64,000 nt of DNA from Octopus vulgaris. Taxonomy: Eukaryota. The position numbers were made by a program, and so were the translations under genes. Location: contig OX597819.1 in the NCBI GenBank assembly GCA_951406725.2, positions 101,990,001 through 102,054,000 on the forward strand, given 5' to 3'. Positions 42,828-56,037 of the stretch are shown one piece after another; position 1 is the stretch's first letter; every line of letters begins with the position of its first letter. Under the pieces are notes generated by a model, which saw only the letters and a list, made by a program, of their open reading frames with translations, made no database searches and was not told the DNA's origin.

Positions 42828-44729
42828 CCCTAACTGCTGTACACAAGAACAGTTTTGCATTTAGCAAGAGATAGACTTGTAGAGTTACTGTTAATTTTTG
42901 TAATTGTTTCGATCCCAGATCCCAGATAAATTAAAAACGAGGATGATGATGGTAATAGTGATGATAATGAAGACAACGACGACGATACGCTGTTCTAAAA
43001 TTAATCTACACTACTCATTCAAATTTGAGGATAAGTGAGGGTTAAATCTTTCTAAACAGTCCTGTATATTTAACACAGTATCAAACCAAATTTTTATCAA
43101 AGTTTGTATATAACCAAATGAAACATTAAAGTAAAGATCTGAGGTTTCATATGGTAATTACAGATTTTTTGTTAATAATATTATAATTATTAATAATATT
43201 AGTTGCATATAGGGTAGAGTTTTGTCTATAAGTAGCCACTGTTAAATCGTTTCTGAACGTTTCTGGACATTAAGTTTCAAACAGAATCTCATTGTAAGTT
43301 TATGTGGCTGCTTTCTTCAATTGGATGATAAATTGCATATTTATTATACATTTTTATATTAAGAACAGTAAGCTAGAAACTTGAGAGAAATGTTAACGAA
43401 AAGTTCTAATAATTGCTATAAAAATTAACAAAAAGAGAACGGAAGAACTCCAAATAATGAAAGTAAAAGAATTTTTTTAATGGATGTTTAAAAGGTATTC
43501 ATAACCAAAATATTTCTTTTTTTGTAGTTCTCTAAAATCAAAAGCAAATATTTCGTTGTAAAATAAAGAAACGGTTTTAAAACTTCAAAATTTTGAATAG
43601 AAAAAGTTGTATTGTAAAAGGAAAGTACTTTAGATCAAGTAAAGTAATTGTTTAAACATAAAGCGAGGAAGGAATCTAAAGAAAAACAAGCCAAACTCAA
43701 AGATCTGTCAAGTCAAAAATGAAATTACATAACCTAATGGAAGATTACGAAAGAAAAACGATTAAATTAAGATAAAATTGAAAGAAACGTCTCTGAAGCT
43801 TCAAAGAGCACCTTAATATATTTAGGTCCTGTTTCATATCGCGAAATAGGGATCGACTCTATGGCAGTAGACATTCTTTCACAGAAGTTACGTAATCTGA
43901 AGCTGTTTAAGCAAATGGAATAAAGAATACGAGGAATACTATGGAACTATCAATCAAATGTTGGAAGAAGTCAATATAGAAGTGAGAAAACAGATTCTAA
44001 CCAATATAAAACCTCTCGTTTATATGGATGGAAAATGCAGAGACACAAACAAGTGTAGTCGCTAATCTATAACGTATGTGTGTGTGGTGGGGTGTATAAG
44101 TCGAGTTATATCTATACACACATACGAACAGGCAAAGTAATGCATCAGTTTCGTATGTAATTAGAAATGTCTTAGTAAAGCCATGTCGAAGAATGTGCCG
44201 TCAAGAATTTTTATACACAAAACAAAAGAAAAATAATTAGATGTAAAAAAAAAAAATGCCTGGTGGGGTGATATCCCTGAGTTCCAATAAATACAGTTAT
44301 AAGATTTATTTATTATGATAAAACATTAAATATTTTATAAGAAAAGCTTAGTTTCTGTTTTATTAAACTTTTAGTAGTCGTGAAAAACAAAAGAATATAC
44401 GAAATAAATATTGTATGAGTTAGGTGTAAAATATTTGGCGTAAATTTACGATGAAATATTGACGTCTAATTGAAATAAATTTTCGTTTGGAATTTTTTGT
44501 ATATATATATATATATATATAAATGTGTGTGTATAAATATCTATCCTCTATGTAGAGATAGAAAAAGAATTATCATTCTGGGGCTCAGTAATTATAATTG
44601 AGTAAAATATTAACCTTCTGGGGTTCAGTAATTTTCATTGATCGTGTTTTGTTTTCTTTAACCTTTTTTTATAATATACCGCACAGATTAATCTCTTATT
44701 ATAAAAGTCACTAATAATCCTTTGTACTG

Positions 44730-44931
44730 CAGACACAAGGCCAGAGATTTTGGAGGAAGGGGCAAGTCGATTAGATCGACACCAATATCGGGCTGGTACT
44801 TCACTTATCAACCCGGAAATGATAAAATGCAAAGTCGATCTCGGCGGCATAAGACCTGAAAACTTGAAGCCGGAAAAAATGCCGCTAAGCATTTTGTCGG
44901 TGTGGCAACGATTTTGCCAGCTCGCCGCCTT
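44730..44931 (-). mobile_element. SINE family A
   Basis: gcaaagtcgatctcggcgg..aatgccgctaagcattt..gccagctcgccgcct on the plus strand. Confidence 0.82.
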
Positions 44932-45347
44932 AGATTAATCAGTAACAATAATAGAGAAAATTATTCGTTAATAGAAAAGACAGTAATCGTTATATTATAA
45001 CTACTGGACTTTAGCCAAAGTACACAGCCGTCAACTCCCAAATATTATTCGCCGACACTCTTATGAAGTCCATCAATTAATTTATAGGTGGTAGGCATAA
45101 CAAGCCGCCTAGTTTAACACTACCACGTGGGTGACTTTAGTAGAGATCATACTGATGCAAGTATTCGGGCTAGACACAAATCTTCTTCACCCGCTCACGT
45201 TATTCAGAGGGTCTTCAGTTGCATTAATCTAACCGGTTAGGGAGGATCTGAGAATGATAACAGCTCTGGTCTACTCCCTTGATTAAAATTATGTAAAAAA
45301 AAAATTTATCAAACGTTCTGAAATATTTTGTCATTAGTATCCTTAAC

Positions 45348-45401
<54 letters not shown>

Positions 45402-45514
45402 AATACGTGCACATAATAGTATTTGCCTTCATGGAAGTATTTGTAAAATTCACAAACACATCAACCAATTTTCATATTCAGTTGATTACTAAACCATTGA
45501 AGTAGTCAGTCAGT

Positions 45515-45555
<41 letters not shown>
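45348..45555 (-). repeat. 115-bp cassette (45401-45515) flanked by (GTA)n, copy 2 (inverted)
   Basis: 113/115 identity to the reverse complement of 35566-35680. Confidence 0.93.
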
Positions 45556-45894
45556 AATTAATAGTTTTTTCTTATAATTATTTTCTTTAAAATAATAACA
45601 TGAAATAAATTTATTAATCAAAAGCGACAGCAGAAAGAAACATATAAGAAACTAATAATAAAAATAAAAATAAGTAGTCAGAATGTTAAAGAAAAAAAGG
45701 AAAGAAAGGAAACTAGGAATCAAAATAAGATAAGTGTAGTTATAATTTCAGAGGTTTATATGAAGAGCTCTCATTGTATTTTTGTTTTATATTTAATACA
45801 TTAAGTTACTGCTATGAGATGGCGCCTTAACATGGCGAGAAACCACAATAACTGGACCCAAATAATAATCAATGTTTTTATATGAATGCTTCTG

Positions 45895-46085
45895 ATTCAA
45901 ACACAAGGTCAATAACTTTAAAGGGAAGAGCATAGTAATACATCGACCCTATTATTTGACTGGTGCTTTTATTTTATTGACACCGAAATGATGAAAAGCA
46001 TAGTTGACATCGGTGGTTTTTGAAATCAGAATGCAAAAGAAAAAAAAAAAACTAAATACCATCGCAAGGTTTTTTTGTCCGAAGC
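45895..46085 (-). mobile_element. SINE family A, degraded
   Basis: catcgaccc..gactggtgcttt..gatgaaaagcatagttgacatcggtgg. Confidence 0.6.
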
Positions 46086-46587
46086 TCAAACGATTCTGCC
46101 TGTTCAAAATCCCATGCATTTTTATAATAAAAATGTTACAGGGAAGAAGAGATCCTCATAGAGAAGCCAACAGAACGGAACAGTCGTAGTAACATCGCAA
46201 TCCGATTAAAGGAACACTATAGGTATATCTATCATCATGTGTCATCATCATCATCATCATCATCATAAGTGTCATCAGTCTGTTTATTAATAATATTTAA
46301 TCATGCATTTATAATCGTACAGTCTCAGTTATCATCCTCTTCGTCTCACTGCTCACCTTATTCTGTCTTGTTACAATCTTCGTATTATGGTCTTACACGA
46401 ACGTAAACCTCACCTCTTATACATAAGCACTACCTACTCTGCGTACCACCATCATTTGTAATAGGTTTGTGTATAGTGAAAACTTCTATGAACAGAGGTC
46501 GTGTTTACGCAGAATTGTCTTTTATTTCAATACATATATCATTTACGTAATAATAATAATAATAATAATAATAATCCTTCCTAATAT

Positions 46588-46787
46588 ATGCACAAGGTCT
46601 GACATTTTGTGGAGGGAACTAGTCCATTACATCGATCTTAGTGTCCCACTGGTACATAGTGTATCGACTCCGAAAGGATGAACGGTAAAGCCGACCTCGG
46701 CGGAATTTGAACGCAGAAAATAGAGACGGACGAAACACCGCTAAGAGTTTCGCCCGACGTGTTAACTATTCTGCCAGTTCGCCGCCA
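46588..46787 (-). mobile_element. SINE family A
   Basis: cgaaaggatgaacggtaaagccgacctcggcggaatttgaac..ctgccagttcgccgcc. Confidence 0.85.
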
Positions 46788-47164
46788 TAACAATAATTAA
46801 ATTTTCTGACTACAGCATAAGACAAAATCTTACATCGATGTTTGTACTTAACTGGTATAAGTCCTGCGGGATTTGAAGTCACGTCAAAGACATAGGTTAT
46901 TTGTATCATCTGCTCAAACGATATTCAATGCCTTAATTAAAACGATTATAAGTAGTATTGATATTAGCATTTAAATATCGTTCATGCACAAGCCTTGTTC
47001 TAAGAAGTTAGAAATCATTATGATTGAAATCTTTAATATCATCAGCCTCACCATTGTAATTAAAGAGCGTTGCAGAAATTTTTATTATTTTCAATTGTAT
47101 TAAGTTTTGGTGCCATGTTTGATCGCGAGATTGTCAAGACGCAAATCTGGAATGTCTACATATG

Positions 47165-47207
<43 letters not shown>

Positions 47208-49232
47208 CATATATATGTATGTGTATAAACATATGTATGTATATATATATAAATATAAATATATATGTATATATATATGAATATATATGTGTACGTATGT
47301 ATATATATCTATATATATATTTATATACATATATATGTATATATTTATATACATATATGTATATAAATATATATGCATAGATGTATGTGTGTATGTATAT
47401 ATATATATTTGCATGGCATATATATATGTTCATTATATAAATATGAATTACATATATATACACATAAATGTATATGTATTTATGTATGTATATGTATGCA
47501 TGTTATGTGTGCTTGCGTGTGCTTTTGTACAAATGTGTTTATATGTATTTATAAATGTGTGTGTGACTGCGCCACTGTGTATGTGTCTGCTAGCGTTTCG
47601 TATGTATGTTCGTATATATGCATGCTTGTGTGCCTGAGGTGATGCTACATATACGCATAAGTCTTACACACGTCGTCAAAAGCTGTTCACCCTTAAAATG
47701 GAAACGTTCTGTAGAATTTATACGGTAAAATCTCCCCTTCTTTCGCAGTCCTCAGCTTTTTCTATGATGAATGTATAATGAGAAATTGGTATCATCGTTC
47801 TTTTTATTCTTTCAGTTCGTTTCTTTCAATCTTCTCCATTTTTGTTCTGTTATCTGTGTGTTTTTTTTTTATTTTCAGTCTATTTTCAATTCATTTTAAC
47901 ATGTTTTTAAGTTATTTTAATACATATTTAAAAAAAAAATTCTAAAAAAAAAACATCAGCTCTTGCTTGTCGCATTTGTCTTCTCATTCTCCCATCGTAT
48001 ATATATATATATATTATATATAGATATATTATATATAGATACATTATATATGATATATATATATATATATATCTGGATTGAAAATAAACAACTGTATACA
48101 ACACACACACATACACGCTTGTATATACAAGAAAATTCAAAAGAAAAAAAAAATGTCTTGGGGAGAAGGAAAACGAAAGCACACACATACACACACACAC
48201 ATACATTGTACTTACATACACACTCACATTTACACTCCTGAATCCTCTTCTCGTCACACCGTTTTATAAAACAACAGTTCTGTTTGTCAAAACTTGTTGC
48301 CAGAGAAATATCATTTTTTATCATTAATATTGTTTTTGTTTGTTTTTTTTTTAGGTTTTTTTGTTTGTTTTGTTTTGATGATTCTGTATTTCCGTGTTTC
48401 TTGTTTGTGATTTTTGTGTTGTTTTAATCTCCTTTCATTTAAAATTTAGCTTTAAATTTTTCTCTCTTACATTTTTTTTTCTTCTAAAAATTGTTATGGT
48501 TCATTTTCTTGCTCTTTTCAATTTGTTTATTTTAATTATTTATACATGAATTCAGTCTCGTTGTCATAACAACAGCATTTTCAAGGGTTACGGGGGCAAA
48601 ATTGGAAACTGTAGACAGGACATTTTTTTTCTCGGTTTATGAGGAAAAAAATCCATTCATCTTTGTTTTTCTGAAGAACCACAATGGATCAACTGTAACT
48701 GTTTTTTATTGTTATATATATATATATATAGATATATATATAATTGTCATTATAATCGTTTTGTGAATCGCTGTAGTCACAAAGATAGGTATTACACATA
48801 TTACATTTTTTAATGCATGTTATGTGTATGTTTTATTCACTGTATATGCAATTTATGAAAGTTTATATATATATACACGTACACATACTCATATGTAGGT
48901 ATACATATATGATACTTCCCCTTTCACGCATGCATAATGCAATTTTACATATTCGGGTGTTCTTTTGGAATATTTTCATTTTGGTAATTCCAAATGTTCG
49001 TCAGGATGATAACAATGATCATTATCAATACTTTTATTATTATTAATATTATTATCAACATCTTCAAACTTAATTATCACCAAGAATCCATCAATAATTA
49101 TCAGCATCATTGTTTCTTTACATTTCGTTTCCTTCTTTTTGTTCTTGTCATATATCCATCTTTTATTTATATTTTTCAAATCATTTGATTGAATTTTTTT
49201 TCTTTTGTTACAAAAATGATGGGGGAAAAAGT

Positions 49233-52200
49233 TCAATTTGAGACAGAAGTCCGTAGAGGCTCTTCGGTTGGATTAGTGGCATGGTGCAGTCGCATGTGAT
49301 GTTCTAATGCTGGGGAGGTAGTGAAAACTTGGTTACAAATATGGCAAACAGTTCGCCACGACCAGGAAGCTATGTTCTGGTGAGCTTCCGGTAAGAGAGA
49401 TGCGTCAGTGTTTGGTGTGGTAACCACTGTTGGGGGTGAGACGGAAAGAGGTGCCGCCAGTGGAGACGAGGCGGGGCTTGCCTCATTAGAGATGGCACCG
49501 CCGCTACCAGCACTGCCGCCGCCTCCACCACCGCCACCGCCGCCGATACTACTACTATGACTACTACTACTACTGCTACCAGCAGTGACAGCGCCGCCGC
49601 CGCCGCCGCCGCTGCCGACAGCTACGCTACTTTCACCGACACCCACACCAACAGTAACGCCGCCAGCATCACCACTTCCATTCAATACACTACCGACGAC
49701 CACGCTACCGCTCACACTACCACAAACACCACCGCCGCTAGCAGCGGCAATAGCAGCAGCACTGCTGTCGACAACACCACCACCACTAGCGCAACCACCA
49801 CCACCACCGGTTACTAAAGATGTCGAGGATGAGGAAGATGAAGAGGAAGAAGAGGATGAAGACGATGACGATGACGATGAGGATAATAAAGAAGCCGATT
49901 TCATACTGAGATCTAATTCTCCATCTGTTCCAGTGGACATTAATAGATCATTGTTACTTACACTACTACTTAATACATCAAGGGCTGTACTATTATTAAC
50001 AATATTACAATTGCTGTTTACAATGATGTTATTGTTGCTGTTGATAGGACTGTTGCTGTTGCTTGTATTGTTAAGGTTGGTGTTATTAACTACAGGTGTC
50101 ACACTAGTTATGATGCTAGTACTATTGGGACTTAAGTTGTTCTGTTGCTGCTGCTGTAAGTGAAGTGGATGCTGTAAGGGATGATGAGCTGTTCCTAAGC
50201 CAGGCATACTATCACTGGGCCAAGACGATGGTAGACTCTCCGTGCTCTTACGTCCACTGTCGATGCTGCTGTGTCCTCCACCGCTATCACTGCGTGGAGG
50301 TTCTTCCTTGCTCGACAGTTGTGCCTCGGTCAGGTTGTTGGGCATATGGTTTAAACTCCCGTTTAAACTCTGGATGACCGATATCTCGTTCATTTTTGGA
50401 GAGATTCCGTTTAAGAAATGTGGATACTGATGAAAGAAAATCTCCGGAGACCTATGGTAAGGAGATAAATAAGGGTGCTCTTTTGGGCCAATAAGAAAAG
50501 GGGGTTCAATTGACATTCGTCTACCTCGTCGGGAAGGGTTGTTTCCCCACATATGGGTCCCTATGTGAACCTTCAGGTTTCCCTTAGTGGTAAATGCTTT
50601 TGCACACATACTACACTTGAAGGGCTTGTCTCCAGTGTGAGTACGGATATGAATTTGAAGTGCGCTTGCGCTGGAAAAGTGTTTTTGACAGACACTGCAG
50701 GTATGTTTAGGAGATGGGCGTCGTACAAACGGGGAGGTATTACTCCCCTCACTGGTAGGAGTTAGGGGCAAGGAATTTTCTCCTTGACTCACACTAGTAT
50801 TTAATGAAGTTTGACCGTTATTGTTGCTGTTGCTGTTGTTATCACTGTTGTTGTTGCTATTGCTGTTGTTGTTGTTGCTGCTACTATTACTGACATCATT
50901 GGGTGTATTACTAGATTTCAAGTTACTAGGACTTACACTGTTGTTGTTAGACGCAAGGGACTCGGATACGCGAGAGCTGTCCAGTTCGATCGTGGGTTCT
51001 CTCTTTATCGAAGCCGAGTCAAGCTTGCTGGAGTTTTTTTTAAACGCCTGTGATGGTAGGTCCCTTATTTTGTGTGTCAGCATATGTTGCTTCATATTAC
51101 CTTTAGTTGAGAAACTGCGATCACAAACTTCACATTTGAACGGCCTCTCTTTAGTGTGACTCCTAATGTGAATATCGAGAGCACTTTTGCAAGCAAACGT
51201 TTTAAAGCAAATGTAACACGTTGTGTTTGTTTTGCCTTCTACGTTTTTGGGACGCAAGTCAAGTGCTGGCGCTAAAGGAAACACGGAACTCATGGGGAAA
51301 CCCGCTACGTCAGGACGCATATGAAGAGACACAGAATGGGCACCAATGGGATCTTTCATACCATTGCTTTCGGATTTTCCCTCGGAAGTATATAACTGGC
51401 TATGGGGTGACGTTCCGGGAGATCCGTCTCCATTGAGGAAAGCACTATGTGGAAGATGATGTGAGAACTGTTTATGCGCTGGGTTAAAGTCACGGGAATG
51501 GAGTCTCATGTTGAACTTGGAGCCCACAGTCATACTGAGTGGGTTATTTGAACTGATTGCTCGGACTCGAGCTTCTAAAGCGGCAAGTGAGGTTGACGAT
51601 GGAGGAACAAAACCACTTGTTATCACAGATGTTATCTGTGCCTCATAGCTTGAAGCTGGATTGAAGTCATGGTTTTTATGTAGATCTTGTGATTCGTGGG
51701 ATGCAGCAGAAGCCAGAGAATTTGGTCTCTCTTCCTCAAGATTTTCATGGCCTGCCTCGCTTGACGTTCTAGAATCTTCAGGTTCGGGCCAGGCTTCTTC
51801 TTTTGATTTGGTCTCCATCCATTCCTCTTCTTTATTCGCGTCTTCTCCGTCTGTTTTCTCCTCTTTATTCTCTGCCTTTTCATCGTTTATTTCCTCAGTA
51901 TCCATTAGATTGGTTTCCATGCCGCTTGGATCTAGGGCACTGTCGTCCATATCACCTGTATCATCGAGGTTGCAAGTATCAACCATGCTATCCTCCATAT
52001 TTTCCGATTCGATCACACCTTCTTCCATCACACTCTCATCGATCACATTGCTATTATCTAAACTGTTACTGTTCCTAGTAATCACATTAGTGGCCCCTTC
52101 AGTCAGTTCATTGCTTGTCTCTGTCAAGTTAGTTGCACTTTCCAAATTCTTTGGAGCCAGGTCCAGAGAAGTTGGACTTATTTTATTGTTTTCCAAAGGT

Positions 52201-53677
52201 GAACACAGTGGTGATGTAGATGTCTGAGACACCGATGGTGATGTTGTCGACGGTGGAACAGAACGAGACAGAAAACTTGAGGATGTCTTGCTCAAGTCTA
52301 ATTCTTTCGGTTCAATGGAAGGCCTCAGATCGAACGGTTTAGGGTGCCAGTCACTAGTACGATAAAGACTAGGAGGCATTGTTGGGTAAGTGTCCGCTGT
52401 ATGACCCCTAATGTGCTGCTGTAGCACGAGAATGTTGGTAAACTGCTTGTGACACACTGGACACTGATGGGTGAGCCGGGTTGGCGGCTTGGCACGGTGC
52501 ACACCCATATGTGTCTTGAGGTTGCCCTTCGTGGTGAAGGCACGTCCACATAACTTACAACGGAAAGGTCGCTCTCCAGTGTGGATACGATAGTGCATTT
52601 GCAGGGCACTCTTGCAGCTCAACACACGATGACAAATCGCACATTCATTGGGATCACTCAACTTATGCTCAATATTTTCGACAAATTTCTGAAGTTTGGT
52701 CGTTTCAGAAGTATTAACTTCCATGTAATCTTCAACATTTTCTCCAGGTTCAATATGCTTGGCGGGCGGGAAGAGCCCTCCAGGCATAGTCCTTAAATCA
52801 GTGTTGTTCATTTGCGGGGGATGAGCAGCAGGGTTAAAGTTGGGCGGCAATGCTGCAAGGGGAGGCGGCGGAACTGTTGACATCGGTGGTAGGATGTGGA
52901 AATGACGAGAAGCGCTCAATGGTATGTGGTCCAAAGTCGAGGACGTGGTCGTTACCATCGAACTATTGGCAGCAGTAATGATAGATGAGATGGAAGCCGC
53001 GACTGAGTCTGAAGATAAATTTAAGGTACTCTCTGGACTGGAACAAGTCAATTTGGCTAACTTTGTTAACGGAAGAACAGATGCAACAGTAGCAGCAGTA
53101 GCATTGGGTGTTGAAGATGGAATTGGCATCTCAACATTATTGACAGAGTTAGTATTGTTGTTCACGTTACTGTTGCTTGGTGAGGCGCAAGCGGGCGGAT
53201 CTTCACTCAATTTGGTATCAGGGTTTTCCTGTTTGAGAGCCGGGCTTCCGGTACCACTGCCAGCAGCAGCAACAGCAAGAGGAGTAGCACCGCCTGTACT
53301 GATCGCACCACTACTACCACTACTACTGTTACTACTACCAACCAGAACAACTCCATCGGGAGGAATTGACCTGTGTTGTGACATAAACGACGAACCCAAT
53401 AAGGAAGCTTGGCTTATCGCAGACGACACAACCGGGGAATTGCAAGCTGTGATGGGAATTCCAGCAGCCGAGAGACTTATTGGTACTGAAGAGACAGCGA
53501 TACCCATCGGGGAGAACTGAAAACGTGACGGTAACAGTGCTGGATTCCTTACTGAGTGAGCAGGAGCAGGTCGATGAGCCAACTTGTAGTGGGATTTATG
53601 CTTGCCGAAATGCACACGCAGTGCACTCTTGCAGGAGAACTTTATGTTGCATACATTGCAGCGATATGGACGTTCAC
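49233..53677 (-). CDS. sall: Spalt/Sal-like C2H2 zinc-finger transcription factor, large terminal coding exon
   Basis: Open frame of ~1480 codons ending in TGA at 49233-49235. Acceptor ttttccttatattttgcag|GT GAA CGT CCA at 53677 is phase 1. It encodes finger 1b (53598-53660), a triple cluster [42 protein letters not shown] (52401-52643), pairs at 51072-51218 ([10 protein letters not shown]) and 50553-50699 ([10 protein letters not shown]), and the Sall motifs SETTKLQ, RRGRRMS and NEISVIQ. Confidence 0.97.
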
Positions 53678-53910
53678 CTGCAAAATATAAGGAAAAGAAA
53701 ATATAAATATTGCATCAACATATATACTGGTGTGAAGGTATGGATATACGAACGATATATACGATATATATTAAATATAGCATTTCTGAAAATATATAGT
53801 GTGATAGAAATTCACTAGGGTAATATTATTATATAAGAAAATATGATTTATAAATATGCATTCATGAAAGCTGTGTCGCCACAATACCAAGTGCATTTTC
53901 AGCTAATGCA

Positions 53911-53965
<55 letters not shown>

Positions 53966-54543
53966 AACATACATAAGCATATACACATATATAAGTGGGG
54001 AGAGAAAGAGACAGACAGACACAGAGTCACACATTGCTGCGCTTTTTATCAAAGGATTGTTCCTCGCAACCAATGCTGGTTCAATTGTATTCATCCCCGT
54101 TCACCATAGCTAAACCATATTTTTTTTACATATCTATATTTTTTCGCCTATTTATTTCCAATGTAAACACATAATGTTTAGCATATTTGATATTGCATTA
54201 CATTTATTTTACACCTTATGCTTACTCTAACACAGCTCGGCAAGAAAAAAAAAAAAAGAAAACTCAAACAGAAACCCACAAATACACTAACAGAGAAGCA
54301 TATGCAGGTATACACACAGGTATGCACACAGGTATACACACAGTCGAAATCATCGGTGTAAACCAGTTGTGGAAATCACGGTTCAACGAGTGCAAACGTT
54401 TCTAACCAGATAAGCCTATATGAATATAATATAATGAAATAAAGCCGATAAATCATAATAGCTGTCGTTGTAGTGTTAACTATAATACTAATACGAATAA
54501 CTTTATTGTAGTTGTTGTTGGTGGTGGCGGTTCGGTAGTGGTT

Positions 54544-54576
<33 letters not shown>

Positions 54577-55589
54577 TATAAAGTCTTACGAAGGAAGCCT
54601 CAGATTTATCGATAAAAATAATAAGTTTTTACCCTCATGGAATTATTATTATTATCATCATCATCTTCATCACAAATTCATCATCAGCATCATTAATATC
54701 GCCATCACCATCATCACCACCACAACTATTATTTTCAGTATTAGCATTATTAGTTGTGAAAGGATTATCATTGTTGTTATAACTGTTATTATTTTTATTA
54801 TTACTTCAACCATCATCATCATCATCTTCATCATCATCACCACCACCACCACCACCATTATTATTATTATTATTATTATTATTTTGGAAGAAATATTATT
54901 GTCATCGTCGTTCTTACTATCATTATTATTAGTAGTAGTGTCATTAATATATAAAAAGGTTCACAATATTAATATATACTAATACGGATTATGTGTGTGT
55001 GTATGCGTGTATGAGTTCGTGTATGTGCATATTGCATGTATGTATGTATATATGTGCATCTGTGTGTCTATATGTGTATATACAAACATGAGCGCAAAAA
55101 CATGCATAAACAAGCGCATATCGATATACTCACATAAATCATTCAACACACACACACACACACTCGTGCATACTCACACACACACACTTTCAAGCACGTA
55201 TACACATCAGAAACGCATGCTCAAATCACACATATGAAACATGAAATACAAAAGAAGACAGGTCAAGAATGTTCACGTGATATATTCATATATTTTTGAT
55301 TGATTTACTTACTGACTGCTCATAAATCCTATCTCACATTTTATCATATATTCAGCTATATAATTACATAATTATATAGAGCTGCTCTAATCAAATTGTC
55401 CTCGCTGACAGTAGAACAAAAAACCAAATTATTAACTTCATTGCCAACCTTTATTTACTAGTTTTATTTTTACTCTTGTTTTTTTATTCTTGTTTTTTTT
55501 TATGTCTTCTATTCTTGTTTTGTTTTTATTTATATCGGCCACCTCATCTAAAACTTTACTGTTTACGCTATTCCGGCTTCCATATGCAT

Positions 55590-55980
55590 TATATAATATA
55601 TATGCATATTACATATATATATATATATATATATATGCCTATATATATATGTATATATATGTATATATGCCTATATATATATATATATATATACGTATTT
55701 ATATATATATCATATGAAATATATTCATATATGTAATATGGCATTATATTATATAAAGTATGTATATATTTAACATATATATATATGTATATATACATAT
55801 ATATATACATATATATATATACATATATATATACATATATATATATATACACATATATATATATATACATATATATATACATATATATATATACATATAT
55901 ATATATATAAACATATATATATATATATACATATATATATACATATATATATACATATATATATATACATATATATATAT

Positions 55981-56035
<55 letters not shown>
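55590..56035. repeat. Long degenerate (TA)n/(TATACA)n tract in the sall intron
   Basis: Direct reading of the sequence. Confidence 0.9.

Positions 56036-56037
<2 letters not shown>

Noticed and set aside
43000-44050. A-rich unique-looking stretch that might be a decayed retroelement ORF
   Set aside because: No diagnostic motif could be read with confidence; needs a translated search.
47700-49232. sall polyadenylation signal and 3' UTR end
   Set aside because: Several AATAAA-like hexamers occur in AT-rich sequence and none can be singled out without transcript data.
49557-53520. Plus-strand ORFs opposite sall (e.g. 49585-50163, 51661-52227, 52924-53520)
   Set aside because: Antisense shadows of a codon-biased, low-complexity exon.
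53613-53615. ORF-track start of the 1460-aa protein
   Set aside because: It is an internal GTG (Val); the exon begins at the splice acceptor at 53677 and the true start is outside the window.
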